DNA from: Eledone cirrhosa | Lineage: Eukaryota | NCBI GenBank assembly: GCA_964016885.1 | Contig: OZ024752.1 | Location: 44,082,001-44,146,000, forward strand | DNA: 64,000 nt | Direction: 5' to 3' | Shown: one piece after another, positions 62,701 to 64,000 of the stretch | How positions within the stretch are numbered: the first letter of the stretch is position 1 | Layout: every line of letters begins with the position of its first letter | The notes under the pieces: generated by a model | The model's input: only the letters and a program-made list of their open reading frames with translations | What the model was told of the DNA's origin: nothing | The model's database searches: none | Translations under genes and position numbers: made by a program

Positions 62701-63988
62701 TAGAAAAGGTTGGAGTTTCTGATAGATGTGGTATCAGCAACATTGTATAGAGTTTGATTGATTGTAATGGAAAGGTGGAATTTACAGCTAACACTTGTAT
62801 TAGCTGGGTACCTGTGAGGTATCTCACATGTTTAGCTGGGCATCTGTGAGGTGGTCCTCAGACCCTGTACAGTGAATTTCTCTTTTGTGGAAATACTACT
62901 TTCTCTGCTGGAGTAAGGTTGTGTTGTCTGTAGAGTATATTTTCAGTTCAATTATATCCAACTTAACTCGTCCAATGATCAACAACTGCCTTTTCTTTTT
63001 CTAAACAATAGGAACGCATTCTTCCACAGTGTCAGGATTTCTTGCATATGAGTGACAATGCTTTTTCAATGGAGAAACTATTTGAAATGGAAATGAAAAT
63101 GTTTGTTACTGTAGACTATCACCTGGGTTTCCCACTTTCTTATAGATTTCTTCGGCGCTATTGTAAGGTAATGAGAGATTCCTTTTTTCTTTTTTTTTTT
63201 GTCTTTTGATCCAATCAGTTTTTTTTTGTTTTTTTTGTATTATTGTCTTATGTTTTTTACAATCTATTCTAGGTTGCTAATTTTGAAACGAAAACTCTGA
63301 CACTCGCCCGCTACATCCTTGAATTATCACTTCTTGACTACAGTTTTGCTTATGAAAAAGAGTCTTTGAAGGCAGCTGGTTGTTTATGGTTGGCTTTAAA
63401 GATGGAGGATCTCAAATGGGTTGGTTTCTTTCTTTAACCCTTTAATGACTATATTTCTAATGAAATACTCCGTTTCAGTTAATTAATGAATAAATTTGAG
63501 AGATTTACTAAAATTACTGTATTTCCCAGCATCGAAGACGCTGCTTTTTTCCTAAAATAAGTCTAAAAAATCTACCATGCGTCCTGGAGGCCGAAGGTTG
63601 TTTATTTTTCAAATTTTTGGTTGTCAAAATTAGGGTGCATCCTGGAGGACGAAACCTCTTCAGCACCAGGAAATACGGTATTTCAGCACTAAAATAGTAA
63701 CTTAATATAAGGTTCTTATATAGAATTATGTTGGAAGATGTTAATTTAAATTGGCTGCTTTATTTCATAGGACCAGAACCAGGTTTGGCAGGGGTTGGTA
63801 ACAAAATAGTTAAACATAATTTTACTTAATTTTTTCTAAATTTTATCCAAATTTCAGAATGATATGCTAACTCACCACTCGGGTTACTCCGAAGAAGAAG
63901 CAAAGGAAATGTCGAAGAAACTTAATCACATGTTGCTAAAACCCACATTCAATCAAGTCAATGAAGTTTATAATAAATATTCAAATCA
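55241..63988 (+). CDS. CCNB3: G2/mitotic cyclin B3 (3' end lies beyond the window)
   Basis: In-frame exons 55241-55321, 58794-58904, 59664-59866, 60545-60590, 61119-61214, 61924-62157, 63012-63167, 63273-63419, 63858-63988. B3-type D-box RAVFGDITN; cyclin box [31 protein letters not shown]; [10 protein letters not shown]; [13 protein letters not shown]. Confidence 0.93.
55328..56780. repeat. TA-rich minisatellite (GCTAAATGCGTGTG(TA)nTGCATATATA) with a locally inverted segment at about 55715-55790
   Basis: Seen in sequence. Confidence 0.93.
57573..58365. repeat. Large inverted repeat (arms about 280 bp) containing three family-1 SINEs
   Basis: SINEs at 57674-57855 (-), 57868-58043 (-) and 58084-58270 (+). 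The non-SINE flanks 57573-57675 and 58272-58365 are also reverse complements. Confidence 0.88.
59470..59636. repeat. About 39-bp tandem repeat (about 4 copies) just upstream of CCNB3 exon 3
   Basis: CCCTCCTTCCTCCTATATTTA(A/G)CAGGTCACTCACAACC. Confidence 0.85.
60769..61020. repeat. MITE-derived minisatellite, opposite orientation to 10703/12274
   Basis: GTGAGGTAAAGCCTTTACTGTGAAAATACAATAGTATATATAGAGTAATG, about 4 copies. Confidence 0.85.
61591..61794 (+). mobile_element. TTAA-flanked piggyBac-like MITE, family 1
   Basis: TTAA-CCCTTT.AGCATTTA ... TAAATGGTAAAGGG-TTAA. Other pieces at 22575-22743, 32774-32930, 21420-21575 and 48500-48621. Confidence 0.75.
63434..63813 (+). mobile_element. TTAA-MITE family 2 with a nested Tc1/mariner-type MITE (63517-63678)
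   Basis: The inner element TA-CTGTATTTCC...GGAAATACGG-TA has terminal inverted repeats and a TA target duplication. Confidence 0.72.
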
Positions 63989-64000
63989 GTAAGTTCTATT

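Overview
AT-rich, repeat-dense animal genomic DNA. The SINE/MITE content, long TA microsatellites and gene set look like a coleoid cephalopod (Octopus-like); that is an inference. Most ORFs in the supplied track are artefacts of simple repeats. Five real genes were reconstructed by reading splice sites: a CFAP97-domain ciliary gene (+, 5 exons, about 357 aa), PARG (-, 19 coding exons, about 645 aa, intact GGG-x7-QEE), RPS24 (+, head-to-head with PARG), an intronless AKAP7-like 2H phosphoesterase (-), and cyclin B3 (+, runs off the window end). The most striking unexplained structure is in the 7.6-kb second intron of RPS24. It holds ten ~135-nt box H/ACA snoRNA-like RNAs of two paralogous families (6 type A, 4 type B) that share a scaffold but have different guide pockets. 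Most sit in a ~1.2-kb tandem unit that also carries a candidate poison exon. RPS24 also has vertebrate-like stop-codon micro-exons at its 3' end. Other observations: long intronic inverted repeats (candidate ADAR substrates), a triplicated splice acceptor in PARG, satellites derived from MITE and SINE pieces, and a tRNA-Glu-derived insert nested in a MITE at the CFAP97D stop codon.
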